From Eledone cirrhosa (lineage: Eukaryota), in contig OZ024762.1 in NCBI GenBank assembly GCA_964016885.1, positions 4,836,001 through 4,900,000 on the forward strand: 64,000 nt of DNA, given 5' to 3'. Shown here one piece after another: positions 50,138 to 63,399 of this stretch (its first letter is position 1; each line of letters starts with the position of its first letter). Under the pieces are notes generated by a model. That model saw only the letters and a program-made list of their open reading frames with translations, made no database searches and was not told the origin of the DNA. A program made the translations under genes and the position numbers.

Positions 50138-50660
50138 AGTTCAAGGAGTCAACAAACAGAGGTACAAAAAGTCTTATTAGTTTCACGCTTTTTATTGGAA
50201 AGAGGAAAGAAAGTTTGACGTGTCGGGCTTAAGCCCTTCTTCGGGAGTTCAAAATAGAGACAGGATCACAATGGAGAAACAGAAAAAAGGTCCAGTAAAG
50301 ACAAATATATATATATATAGTAATAATAATAAATGTGAAGACTAAAATCCAAAGAGGGGTCGATAAGGATAAATATATATCAAATATATAAGAACTCTAG
50401 AGCAAATATTTATTAAAATAACAGTTTAAGCAAAGAATCGCTGCTTTCACCCTTAACGGGATCTTATATATATATATATATATGATTGGTGTTAGATGCT
50501 TAAAGAGTCCGTATGCGGTAGGCCGTATGAGCACTCGATGCTCTCATAGAGCAGAGTATGATATCACAGAAAAAAAGAGAATCAATGTTGCGACGAATGG
50601 AATTTATTGGACATATTACAATCGTAATATGGCGACCAGCTCGAGGGACGATCGATGTGA

Positions 50661-50806
50661 TGATCGAACCTGACTCTGAAAATCGCAAGGTCCTCAGATA
50701 CGTCTTGATTCTACGAAGCAGATTTTCCTAGGAAAATCTGAAAATCTGCTTCGTAGAATCAAGACGTATCTGAGGACCTTGCGATTTTCAGAGTCAGGTT
50801 CGATCA
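50661..50806. repeat. Near-perfect palindrome (arms about 65 bp)
   Basis: TGATCGAACCTGACTCTGAAAATCGC...GCAGATTTTC versus GAAAATCTGC...GCGATTTTCAGAGTCAGGTTCGATCA. Confidence 0.93.
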
Positions 50807-50825
50807 TATATATATATATATATAA

Positions 50826-50945
50826 GAAAATGTATGACCCCGACGGCAGAGCTCAAGCCGTTTCGACGGCTATTTCTGGGCTAAATTTAGTCTAGAAATA
50901 GCCGTCGAAACGGCTTGAGTTCTGCCGTTGGGGTCATACATTTTC
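50826..50945. repeat. Second palindrome (arms about 60 bp) centred on CTAAATTTAG
   Basis: GAAAATGTATGACCCCGACGG... versus ...CCGTTGGGGTCATACATTTTC, with a few mismatches. Confidence 0.9.
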
Positions 50946-51666
50946 CTATTACCCACTCTACTACCCTAAGTATTGAGTACTCTGGTGCGTTATGGTCCAC
51001 CGTTCTGTTTGCCTTTTACATATATATATGTAAAAGGTAAACAGAAATAACAACACAATTGGTACAATATATGGAAGGAATATATTAGGTTAACGCTTGA
51101 TATAGCAGGAAGAGGGTCTTAACTTTTCGGACGCTAGTCCTTCATCAGAAGAAAGAATGAGAAATAAGATAGATTGAGGGGACGGGCGGGATGGAATTGG
51201 AAAAAATGTCTTTAGATAAAAATAACAGGTCCATTCATGTTGACATCTCTTGGAAAACTGTTGGTGCTGGCGTTTTGTGTATGATTTGTTTTTTAGAAAA
51301 GTGGATGATGGAGCGCGTCTACCTAAAATGGAAAAAAAACGTTTTGTAAAAAGAGCTACACTTGAGCACGTGTGTAAGCATGTGTTTGTGTGTGTGTGTG
51401 TGTATGTGTGTGTGTGTTATACGTCCGTACGAAGCTAAGAAGAAATGTGTGTATATGTGAGTAAAAGAGTGTGTGTACATGTAAGTACGAAGCTATGAGC
51501 AAAAGTATGTTAATATAAGTGTGTGTGTGTATATAGAGCAGTGAAGGGAAAAGTAGAGTGAGTATATATAGTATGTATTAGTTTAAGAGAAGCTGCTAAT
51601 GATCAAGAGAAAACGATAGGAATCTAGGGGTGAGATAATGGACGGGGTATTAGAGAAATTGGGGAG

Positions 51667-51705
<39 letters not shown>

Positions 51706-51959
51706 AAAGTTTTATTTAAAATTGTTGGGTTACAACAAGTAAATATTTTATAACCGATATAAAGCACTCGACAAGTTTTTGGAGTAGATATACCTTGGTG
51801 GTCGTTTGTATTTATGGTACGTCAAAATTATTTATGAAACAGTTTATATATTGTATTTTATCTGACGAAGGCATGCCATATTTTTAATATGGTATCCCTG
51901 GGGTATGTATAATGAAATAAATATGGTTTTATAAATATAGTTTCCATTTGTTTGGTATC

Positions 51960-52010
<51 letters not shown>

Positions 52011-53558
52011 AATATAAATTAGCGAGAATCGTATTTCGGCTTAGGAATTAACGAAAAACAACTTTTATTATATACCAGTAATGCACTGGGTAATTGCTGG
52101 CCTTGTGCCTAAAGTAAAAACAATTATATATATACAATAAAAGAACGATTTGTTATGTCTTCATTACGTTTATTGAGTAGTGACGCGCGTTTCGCTATTG
52201 ATCAGTTTAAGGTTCGATCTGTATCGATCTAGCCCAACTCGATCTAGCCAAATCATAAGCTCATAGGACCTCTGCTGTGGTAATATAGTTATTATATATA
52301 TATATATATAATAACTTGTACAAAGTCAGACAGGGTAGATTCCCAGTAAAACAATCTAAAACAAGAAAGCTTCCCTGTCATATACTCTTTTACTCTTTTA
52401 CCTGTTTCAGCCATCCGGCTGAGGCCATGCTGGGGCACCGCCCTTGTCATATATATATAATAATAATAATTGTTTCTACTTTAGGCACAAGGCCAGCAAT
52501 TACCCAGTTCATTACTGGTAATAATAATAATATTGTGGAGGTGTTAAATTTTCATTACATTTATCATTACATATTTATATATATATATATATATACACAC
52601 ACACATACATAAATACCTATATACATGTGTGTGTGTATGTGTACGTATGTGTGTGCGTGTCTTTAAAAATATCAATGATGTTCAAAATATATGAAAAGTA
52701 CAGTCATCATATTTACCCCCCACCCTTCACATCACTGGGTGCTCTCGTTATCTTGTTGTCAAGAGTATAATCTACCCCGTCCTTAACATCACCGGGTACT
52801 CCCATTATCTAATATTCTGTTGTATAAGTTGGACCCAAACCCCCACTTTAGATAGCTGGGTGATCCCATTTAATTGTTTTATCTATCAAACCGTTCAACG
52901 CCAGTACTTACGTTCGAAAAGAGTTGTTGACTTGATTTTTCCTCTCTTTTCGTTGCTTCACCCTTCGTGTCTGTTTACATTTTTTTTTCTCCCACCCCCC
53001 TTTTTTATCCCAATAACTTATTTTAGATATTGTTCGCCCTAGGCTGAGGTATCTTGTCTCGCGAAGAAATGACCTATGATTCCTAACAGACAACTGACGA
53101 TGGATATTGCCCTCTTTCGCCCGTAAATATACATGAATGTATGTATAGTATATTTGGCAATACGGTATATTACCAAATATACTATACATACATTCATGTA
53201 TACATCGCTATTTCAGAGCACCAATCCTAATACCTAATTTTTGCTGGACTGGCAATCGCTCTGAATAATCAGCTCCTGATTATTACTGGAATTCTATAAG
53301 AATCCAGCTTCTATAATTTTCGGCAGAACAGGGGGTGTGTGGCTCTGATGATCGCCAACCAGCGTGAAACAGACTGTCAGCTTCTCTCCCTTCTTTCGCC
53401 GAAAAGAAGTAAGTGACATAGTCACTACTTTAAAACTGATAGCATATGGTCTTCTAAATGTTTTTAAATTAAACATACGGTATATTGTCAAATATATTAT
53501 ACATACATTCATGTATACATCGCTATTTCAGAGCACCAATACTTATATATATATACAG

Positions 53559-53606
<48 letters not shown>

Positions 53607-53772
53607 AGTTAACTAATACAGACCAACAAAATATGTACACTCTACCTTTCGCTTCACAGCTCTGTACACACACAAACACGCTTATATTAACATACTTTTG
53701 CTCATAGCACACAGACACTCTTTTACTTACATATACATACACACATATCCTCTTAGCTTCGTACAGACGTAT

Positions 53773-53810
<38 letters not shown>

Positions 53811-53811
53811 G

Positions 53812-53886
<75 letters not shown>

Positions 53887-54225
53887 GCGCACAAGTCTAG
53901 CTCTTTATACAAAATGGGGGGGGGGGTTCATTTTAAGTAGACGCGCTCCATCATCCACTTTTCTAAAAAGAATATATCATACATGTGGGGATTACAATGA
54001 TTTACCTGTCTAACTTGTACTAATTTTCATTTCAGTTTATTTGTTTATTTTGTAAAGTATTATCTTCTGTTGTGTTGGAGAAACAGGATTTTGTTGAGTA
54101 ACTTTATAGATTTTGATAAACTACAAATATACCTCACTACTGAACTGTCTAAATATCAGTACTTTCCATAGTCACATTTATACACACATTCTAGCTTTTC
54201 TCTCTCTTTCTCTCTCTCTCTATAT

Positions 54226-54313
<88 letters not shown>

Positions 54314-54867
54314 ACAGGAAGAAAAAGATGATTATTAGGAAGAAAAATTTTTTTTTTTCCTTTTTATTTTTCTCTCTTTTTTCTGGGTTAGAAAATGATT
54401 AAAACGAAATATTTTACTTTGTGTGAAGTGTTAAGGTATTAGTTGATTTATTTATTAATTAACAATGGCCTTTATTTATTTATATATTTAATAATTGTTT
54501 ATTACCCGTTTCAGCATTTTTATGCATTATCAAATGATAATAATATGTATTGGTGTAAAATGGTGGTGTTGAAGATGATAAGGAAATGGTGCAGAAAGAA
54601 TAATGTTATTTGCAAACAAGGTTTATGAAGTGAAAAGAAAATAGAAAAAGAAAGGGCGTAATGTGGAGCATAATAAGGCAATGTGAAAGAAAAAATAATG
54701 TTATTTACAGGCATAGTTCTTGAAGATAAGCAGATCAAAATGTGTTAATATAGCAAGGGAGCTTAGTTGATCCATGATGGAGGCAAATGGTAGTCTGGGG
54801 TTTGATATGATTTCCCTTTTTAGAGAGTTACTATGCAGGGGGAGGTAATTCTTTCTGTGTATATATA

Positions 54868-54938
<71 letters not shown>

Positions 54939-54999
54939 CAGAAAAGACGGAGAGAAATATAGGTAGGATTAAACGAAACGGAAAAAAGTTTAAACCAAC

Positions 55000-56450
55000 A
55001 ACCAGACAACCATACCACTAGACAACCAAACCACCAGACCACCAGACAAGCAGGAAACCAAACCACCAGACAACCAGACCACCAGACAACCAAACCACCA
55101 GACAACCAGACCACTAGACAACCAAACCACCAGACCACCAGACCACCAGACGACGCGACAACCAAAACACCAGACCACCAGACCACCAGACCACCAGACA
55201 ACCAGTCAACCAAACCACCAGACAACCAGACCACCAGACAACCAAACCACCAGACCACCAGACCACCAGACAACCAAACCACCAGACCACCAGACCACCA
55301 GACCACCAGACAACCAAACCACCAGACCACCAGACCACCAGACAACCAAACCACCAGACCGCCAGACCACCAAACCACCAGACCACCAGACAACCAGACA
55401 ACCAAACCACCAGACCACCAGACAAGCAAACCACCAGACAACCAGACCACCAGACCACTAGACAACCAAACCACCAGACCACCAGACCACCAGAGAACCA
55501 AACCACCAGACAACCAAACCACCAGACCACCAGACAACCAAACCACCAGACCACCAGACAACCAGACCACCAGACAACCAAACCAACAGACCACCAGAAC
55601 ACCAGACAACCGGACAACCAGACAGCCAGACAACTAGACAACCAGACAACCAAACCACCAGACCACTAGACAACCAGACAACCAAACCACCAAACCATTA
55701 GACAACCAAACCACCAGACCACCAGACAACCAGACCACCAGACCACCAGAGAACCAAACCACCAGACCACCAGAAACCTGACCACCAGACAGCAAGACAA
55801 CCAGACAACAGACCACCAAACAACCAGAAACCAGACAACCAAACCACCAGACCTCCAGACAACCAGACAACCAAAACACCAGACAACCAGGCCACCTGAC
55901 AACCAGACCACCAAACAACCAGACAACCAGGCCACCTGACAACCAGACCACCAAACAACCAGACCACCAGACCACCAGACCACCAGACCACCAGACCCCC
56001 AGACCACCAGACAACCAAACCACCAGACAACCAGACAACCAGACAACCAGACAACCAGACCACCAGACAACCAAACCACCAGACCAACAGAGAACGAAAC
56101 CACCAGACAACCAGACAACCAGACAACCAGACCAGCAGACCACCAGACCATCAGAAACCAGACAACCAAATAACCAGACCACCAGACAACCAGACAACCA
56201 GACCACCAGGCCACCAGACAACCAGACAGTCAGACCACCAGACAACCAGACGGCCAGACAGCCAGACCACCAGACAACCAGACGGCCAGACAGCCAGACA
56301 GCCAGACAGTCAGACCACCAGACAACCAGACGGCCAGACAGCCATACAGCCAGACAGTCAGACCACCAGACAGTCAGACCACCAGACAACCAGACGGCCA
56401 GACATCCAGACAGTCAGACAACCAAACCACCAGATAGCCAGACAGCCAGA
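55000..56450. repeat. Degenerate 8/9-bp ACCAGAC[C/A] low-complexity satellite
   Basis: Directly visible. It is the source of the VVWLSG pseudo-ORFs. Confidence 0.93.
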
Positions 56451-56641
56451 GGAGAAAATAAAATGTAATCGGGTGACAGAAAGTTAGAAACGGTGTTTAA
56501 GATAATGAATGTGATAACTACTGATAGATCTAGCCTTGTCATCGTATCTTTCTTCAGATAACTGACGGATCTCAGTTGAGATAATTCTCATTGCTGTCGT
56601 CTGCCTTCAAGCAGTAAACAAACACTTTAATTTAATCGGAG

Positions 56642-57071
56642 ATGGCCGAAAATGGAAACAAAACTGTGTTTGTTGATCCGGATAAAGAGGAGGACATTGG
56701 CCAGGATATACCGAAAGATGGATTATTGGAACTAAAGATAAACCACTCGTTCAAAGTCTACATTCTTGCGGCTCTAGCTCAATGTTCGGTATTGTCATTG
56801 GGCTATGATTTGGGTGTGTCTTCAGGTGCTATACTTGTCCTTAAAGAAACCGTGCAGTTATCATCGTTTTGGCAACAGTTAATAATTGCTGCGCCCCTAC
56901 CGTTGGCATTCATAGTTTCTTTTGTTGCATCGAAAATTAGCGATGTATTTGGCCGTAAAAAAACTATCATGGCCAGTAGTGTCTCGTATATCGCTGGATC
57001 TATCATTTCTGGAAGTGCAGTGGATAAATATATGCTTTTATTCGGAAGATGTTTGGTGGGCTGTGGATTCG
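56642..57071 (+). CDS. SLC2A13: First coding exon of an MFS sugar porter, SLC2A13/HMIT (H+/myo-inositol transporter)-like
   Basis: GYDLGVSSGA, LS.FWQQLI, SD.FGRKKTI and LLFGRCLVG.G.G sugar-porter TM1-4 motifs. Canonical donor G|GTAAGA at 57071/57072 (phase 1). No later exons recognised in the window. The symbol reflects family resemblance, not proven orthology. Confidence 0.8.
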
Positions 57072-57139
57072 GTAAGAGACCAAAGAGTTTTTTTTTTTAA
57101 TTTATTCTTCTTTACAGTTTAAATGGCCATCCTTAGTCA

Positions 57140-57255
57140 TGAATATGTGTGTAAATGTTAATCTGCGTGTGTGTGTTTGTTTCTTTGTGTGTGTATGTGG
57201 TTATGCGTGTTTGAGTATGTGTGGTTATATGTGCATGTATGTGGTTATGTATGTT

Positions 57256-57299
<44 letters not shown>

Positions 57300-57441
57300 T
57301 ATGTGGTTATGTGTGTTTCTGTGTGTGTGTGTGTGTGTATGTGTGTGTGTGGTTATGTGTGTTTCTGTGTGTGTGTGTGTGTGTGTATGTGTGTATGTGG
57401 TTATGTGTGTTTCTGTGTATGTGTGTATGTGGTTATGTGTG

Positions 57442-57493
<52 letters not shown>

Positions 57494-57509
57494 TATGTGG
57501 TTATGTGTG

Positions 57510-57549
<40 letters not shown>

Positions 57550-57591
57550 GTTATGTGTGTGTATGTGTATGTGTGTATGTGGTTATGTGTG

Positions 57592-57635
<44 letters not shown>

Positions 57636-57707
57636 TATGTGGTTATGTGTGTTTCTGTGTATGTGTGTATGTGGTTATGTGTGTTTCTGTATGTAGTTAT
57701 GTATGTT

Positions 57708-57747
<40 letters not shown>

Positions 57748-57763
57748 TATGTGGTTATGTGTG

Positions 57764-57830
<67 letters not shown>

Positions 57831-57973
57831 TTATGTGTGTTTCTGTGTGTGTGTGTGTGTGTATGTGTGTATGTGGTTATGTGTGTTTCTGTGTATGTGT
57901 GTATGTGGTTATGTGTGTTTCTGTGTATGTGTGTATGTGGTTATGTGTGTTTCTGTATGTGGTTATGTATGTT

Positions 57974-58011
<38 letters not shown>

Positions 58012-58125
58012 TGTGTGGTTATGTGTGTTTCTGTGTGTGTGTGTGTGTGTATGTGTGTATGTGGTTATGTGTGTTTCTGTGTGTGTGTGTGTGGTTATGT
58101 GTGTGTGTGGTTATGTGTGTTTCTT
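57140..58125. repeat. (TG)n-rich compound micro/minisatellite (GTGGTTATGTGTGTTTCT units), intronic
   Basis: Directly visible. Confidence 0.93.
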
Positions 58126-58439
58126 TTTGTCTAATTATGTGAATTTTGCTGGTTAAAGAAAGAACTGGTCTTTAACAGAGAACCAAAGTTCTATCATTAG
58201 AATTTAGAGAACAAAAACAGTGAGCATCACAGGTTAAACTTTTAGAAACGTCTTGCATGTTTTTACTGTTCCACTTACAGGTTGTATGAATGAATAATCT
58301 GAATATGGTTTGGTAGTGACCCGTACCTCCCGTGAGGGTCGTAAGGGTGCTATAATCATATACGGCTTTACTATGGCACAATACATCCCCTCTCCAGGTC
58401 TGAACACAGCCGGTTTCTACCAGAGAAGGAGGGAGAGTT

Positions 58440-58605
58440 AGTTTGAGGAAGTGAGAAAGAGCAAGAATCGACCCCAGTACTAAACTGGTACTTCTTTTTA
58501 TCGCCCTCGAATTAATGAAAGCAAAGTTGACCTCGGCAGGATTTGAACTCAGAGAGTGCCGAAACGAATACCGCAAATCATTCTATCCGACGTTCTAACG
58601 ACTCT
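58440..58605 (-). mobile_element. tRNA-derived SINE
   Basis: GGATTTGAACTC (reverse B-box) with the family body. Similar to the copies at about 20612-20716 and in the duplicated units. Confidence 0.7.
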
Positions 58606-59035
58606 CCCTATAGACGTATATGAGTATAGAAGCGGGAAATGTCAATGCAATGGTCCTTAATTTGCTCATTTTGGAAAAGAAAACCTTTCATTTGGAGAAA
58701 CAGGTGACCTATATGGCTGTATATACGTACCAATGCCAAACCTGACCGTTAAAACGAAAGTCCCGACTGCAGTTTCACCGAATCCGTTTGCAACAATATG
58801 CACTTTAGAAGTGCATCATCACTGTGAGGTTGATAAAGCTTATCAAGAGACCCCTCAAAAAGGATTGTTTCTTGACACGTTCGTAGCAAGGGAGAAATTC
58901 TCGAGAGGTGGTGGGAGAAATCATCGAGCAAAACGTGTTAAGGCGGACATACACATATGAATATGTGTGTGTATATCATTATATATATATGACGGCTGCA
59001 AACTGTGCCAAGAGTATTGCAATCGCTTGTCAGAT

Positions 59036-59240
59036 TCAGATGTGGGACGCTCGGATATGGCTTTGCAAGCCTGCTAGAGACTTGCACTCCTTCACACACT
59101 GACGACAACTATGGATCTCCCTGGCTTGAGGTCCCACATCAGGTTGCCCGTGAACCCTAACAACACCGTGGAGATCATACTTCACTGGTTCTCTCTGAAC
59201 ATGGCTGCGACTGTGGCTCCTGAGACCAGATTTGCTCAAG
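59036..59240 (-). mobile_element. LINE fragment with terminal C2H2-type zinc finger (RTE-like)
   Basis: C.QC.K.CKSLAGLQSHIR.SH-stop is typical of LINE ORF C-termini. Confidence 0.55.
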
Positions 59241-59356
59241 CAAATTTTTTTATATATATACATACATACATATACATACATACATACATACATACATACA
59301 TACATACATACATACATACATACATACATACATACATACATACATACATACATACA

Positions 59357-59456
59357 TTGCGATTCAAGGGATGACAATTTCTTTTCTTTTACAACCTTGC
59401 CACCAGGAAGGTGGCCGGTCAAAAAAATATACTCGAAATTAAGAGAAAGAGAAAAC
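59357..59456 (+). mobile_element. 100-bp 3' tip of the R4-like LINE, inside (CATA)n
   Basis: Same sequence as 16313-16411, with (CATA)n on both sides. Confidence 0.8.
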
Positions 59457-59481
59457 ATACATACATACATACATACATACA

Positions 59482-59517
<36 letters not shown>

Positions 59518-59965
59518 CATATCAGAATGGGGACGGTAAAAACCAGTTAGACCATTACTCACCAGAGTACTCGATACTTGGGGTAGTACAGTGGGTAATA
59601 TGAAAAATTCAGGACCCCGAGTTAGGATCTAGCTGTTGAAACGGTCGGAGCTCAGCCGTCAAGGTCCTGAATTTTTCGTATATATATGTGTGTGTGTGTG
59701 TGTAAAGATTAAGAAGCACTACAAAGTCAATATGCTTTTAAACTAACACATGTTTCAGTCGATAGAACTTCATCTGAAGGGTGTGAAGTTACAAAATCAG
59801 AAATTTAAAAAATTCTTTAAGAACATCTTTTTCCAAAAAGTTGTTATCTAAATGTCCTTATGGTTTTATACTGCGACCATTTGATGGACCTGTTATTTTC
59901 ATCTAAAGACATTTTTTCCAATTCCAACCCGCCCGTCCCCTCAATCTATCTTATTTCTCATTCTT

Positions 59966-60001
59966 TCTTCTGATGAAGGTCTAGCGTCCGAAACGTTAAG
60001 A
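59966..60001 (+). ncRNA. Minimal type I hammerhead-like motif (inverted relative at about 51116-51152)
   Basis: TCTT-CTGATGA-A-GGTC-TAGC-GTCC-GAAACGTT-AAGA: helix I TCTT/AAGA, conserved core, and palindromic helix III. Confidence 0.55.
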
Positions 60002-60063
60002 CCCTGTTCCTGCTATCCCTTCCATATACTGTACCAATTGTGTTGTTATTTCTGTTTACCTTT

Positions 60064-60098
<35 letters not shown>

Positions 60099-60423
60099 TT
60101 CGTTTTTGTATTTGCTTTGCAAGAAATCTTATCTGAAAATGTATGAAACAAATATTGTTATACTTTGGGAGGGTCAGGCTGCCAATAAAGACACACGCAC
60201 CTATTGGTTTCACTTAAATTTATTATAAACTTCCAGTTGGATAGTTTAATAACCGGATGGTTGTTTATTTGTTTATTGTCAAAGCTCTTTCAACACACAT
60301 ACTGTGACTTCCTCGGCGACTAATTTGTTATTTTGTGTCTCTCCTCTTTCTATCCTACACCATCTTCTTTTTGTGAACTGTGTGCCAGACTAGTCCGAGA
60401 AATTGTGAGTGTGATTGTGTGTA

Positions 60424-60564
<141 letters not shown>

Positions 60565-60731
60565 AGATCAAAAGATGGTTAAAGGAGTTCAATATATTTT
60601 ATTATGCGCATTTCAAAAACAAACATCATCAAACAATAATATTTGTGTTTTCATCAGATAAAACAGGAGAACATGATATGAAGGCTAAAAAAACACTTGT
60701 TGATAGTGCAGTTTTAAATCAACATATATAT

Positions 60732-61709
60732 ATATCAACTAGAAATAGATTGACACACATATATATATAAAATAAACACATGAAACAATCTCAGGGAATA
60801 ATTTGTAAAGTGTGTAAGCACACATAGCTAGGTAGGTAACTAATTAAAGTTTAACTAGAACTTCAAATATAGATACCTTTTAAAATGATTAATCTCCTTT
60901 GTATATATTTCTTTAAATAAAAAATATATTTCACCAATTAACCAGTAAATGACAGCAGTCAAATCCTGGATGGTCACCAAAGGAGAAGATCCAACCATCT
61001 GCGTTTACACAGCAAATGCAAATCTGCGAATGACTCGAACCACGTGTTGCATTTTATAAAAAATACAGACATCGCACCGCGTCATCCCAGTGGTGTGAAT
61101 AGGATTATCGACAGCTAGAAATAGCAGCCGAGTCCATTGAACTGAATTAGCTCTACAATCAAGAGGCCGTATATATATCCAAAATTAAATTAAGGCTGTC
61201 ATGTCTGAGAGACATGCGCCATATTCACTGCAGAATAAGCTCAAAGATTCCAATGAATAGATCCGAGCATTTTATATCAACTAGAAATAGATTGACACAC
61301 ATATATATATAAAATAAACACATGAAACAATCTCAGGGAATAATTTGTAAAGTGTGTAAGCACACATAGCTAGGTCAAATTTGACCGCTGTGATTTACTG
61401 GTTAATTGGTGAAATATATTTTTTATTTAAAGAAATATATACAAAGGAGATTAATCATATAAAAGGTATCTATATTTGAAGTTCTAATTAAACTTTAATT
61501 AGTTACCTACCTAGCTATGTGTGCTTACACACTTTACAAATTATTCCCTGAGATTGTTTCATGTGTTTATTATATATATATATGTGTGTGTCAATCTATT
61601 TCTAATTGATATAAAATGCTCGGATCTATCTATTCATTGGAATCTTTGAGCTTATTCTGCAGTGAATATGGCGCATGTCTCTCAGACATGACAACCTTAA
61701 TTTAATTTT

Positions 61710-61712
<3 letters not shown>
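60732..61712. repeat. Complex fold-back: 61177-61373 inverted at 61510-61712; 60732-60964 inverted at 61378-61612
   Basis: Arms read directly, e.g. CCAAAATTAAATTAAGG...CACATAGCTAGG versus CCTAGCTATGTG...CCTTAATTTAATTTTGG. Confidence 0.88.
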
Positions 61713-61782
<70 letters not shown>

Positions 61783-61818
61783 TGACGGGCTTTCACAAAA
61801 ATTCTGTGTCCCCTATCC

Positions 61819-62762
61819 CAACGGTCGACAACCATGGACCACTGGTGATCTGAGAAAAGATTTTGGTGGTCCGCCGACAAATATGGACATTATTTGCAAC
61901 TTTTATGTTTTATTAATAATTGTTTCTACTTTAGGCACAAGGCCAGCAATTACCCAGTGCATTACTGGTACTTTATTTTATCGACCCCGTGAGGATGAAA
62001 GGCAAAGTCAACCTCGGCGGGATTTGAACTCAGATCGTAAAGGGACGTAACTATGCTGCAAAGCATGGAGTCTGACCCTCTACCGATACTGCAAATCCAA
62101 TAAAACAAAAATAATATTTGCGAAAATATATTTTATAACACCCCTAAAAATGTTTCTCCCCAGTAAAGAACTAACATCCATAAAAGAATGTTACACATAT
62201 GTATCATCTATCGACAATATGACACACATACGCTTGTTTAATAAAATAGAAGTTCTCTGATCATTATTTTACAAGAATTGGCAGTATCGGTAGAAGGTCG
62301 GACGCCATGCTTTGACGTATAGAGTTACGGCCCTTGCCATTCTGAGTTCAAATCCCGCCGAGGTTAACTTTGCCTTTCATCCTTACGGGGTCGATAAAAT
62401 AAAGTACCAGTAATCTACTGGGTTATTGCTGGCCTTGTGCCAAAAGTAGAAACAATTATTTTACAAATGGATTAGCAGTATCGGTAGAGGGTCGGACGCT
62501 ATGCTTTGCAGCACAGAGTTACGCCCCTTTATGATCTGAGTTCAAATCCCGCCAAGGTTAACTTTGCCTTTCATCCTTACGGGGGTCGATAAAATAAAGT
62601 ACCGGTAATGCACTGGGTAATTGCTGGTCTTGTGCCAAACGTAGAAACAATTATTTTACAAATGTATTATATTTATCTTTTTTTTTAAATTCATGAGTGG
62701 TCCGCGGGATTTAAGATCATGAATTTAGTGGTCGGTGAGGTCCGAAAGGTTAGCGACCGCTG
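61819..62762. mobile_element. hAT-type MITE carrying three nested SINEs (61914-62100 -, 62277-62461 +, 62468-62656 +)
   Basis: Termini CAACGGTC...GACCGCTG, flanking 8-mers CCCTATCC/CCCTATTT (degenerate 8-bp TSD), and subterminal GTGGTCCGC motifs. Confidence 0.65.
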
Positions 62763-63036
62763 CCCTATTTCACTCACAAGACACATTGGTCGATCCGAAA
62801 CTACTGTTGTAGAAAAAACGAAAAAGCATGTTTTTCAGTCAATCACTATAAAGCATGCATGAGTAACTCTGAAGACTTCACTAGTTTCATGGATTTTCAA
62901 CATATTTTATTCATATTTTAGTCCGACTTCTTCTCTTCCATTGTTCAGTTTATAAAATCAGACTACCCATAACTTCACGGCTATAATCCTAAGTCCTCTC
63001 AACGTAAGCCATGTTTGACTAATAAATACACCATTA

Positions 63037-63223
63037 TGGATTGGCAGTATCGGTAGAGAGTCGGACTCCATGCTTTCCAGCATAGTTTGCGTCCCTTTAC
63101 GGTCTGAGTTCAAATCCCGCCGAGGTTAACTTTGCCTTTCATCCTTACGGGGTCGATAAAATAAAGTACCAGTAATGTACTGGGTAATTGCTGGCCTTGT
63201 GCCAAAAGTAGAAACAATTATTA
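63037..63223 (+). mobile_element. tRNA-derived SINE
   Basis: Full-length copy, very similar to 4404-4589. Confidence 0.85.
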
Positions 63224-63399
63224 CTAGCAGAAAACCGCCGTATGGTGGATTTCTGCTAGCATATGTAGTGTGCATATTGGTATTATACGCAAATATATAT
63301 GCATATAGATATGATATATAAATTGAAAAGTAAATTGACAATATCTTTTTCTTCTTCGCCCACTTATTTCTGTAGGTCATGAGGACAGAATCCTTCTCA

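Noticed and set aside
54701-56389. Trp/Val/Gly-rich membrane-protein-like ORFs on the minus strand
   Set aside because: Translations of the ACCAGAC low-complexity satellite in several frames.
57072-58156. Read-through of the transporter ORF to 57100 and Cys/Val-rich ORFs
   Set aside because: A strong GTAAGA donor at 57072 marks an intron; the downstream ORFs are (TG)n translations.
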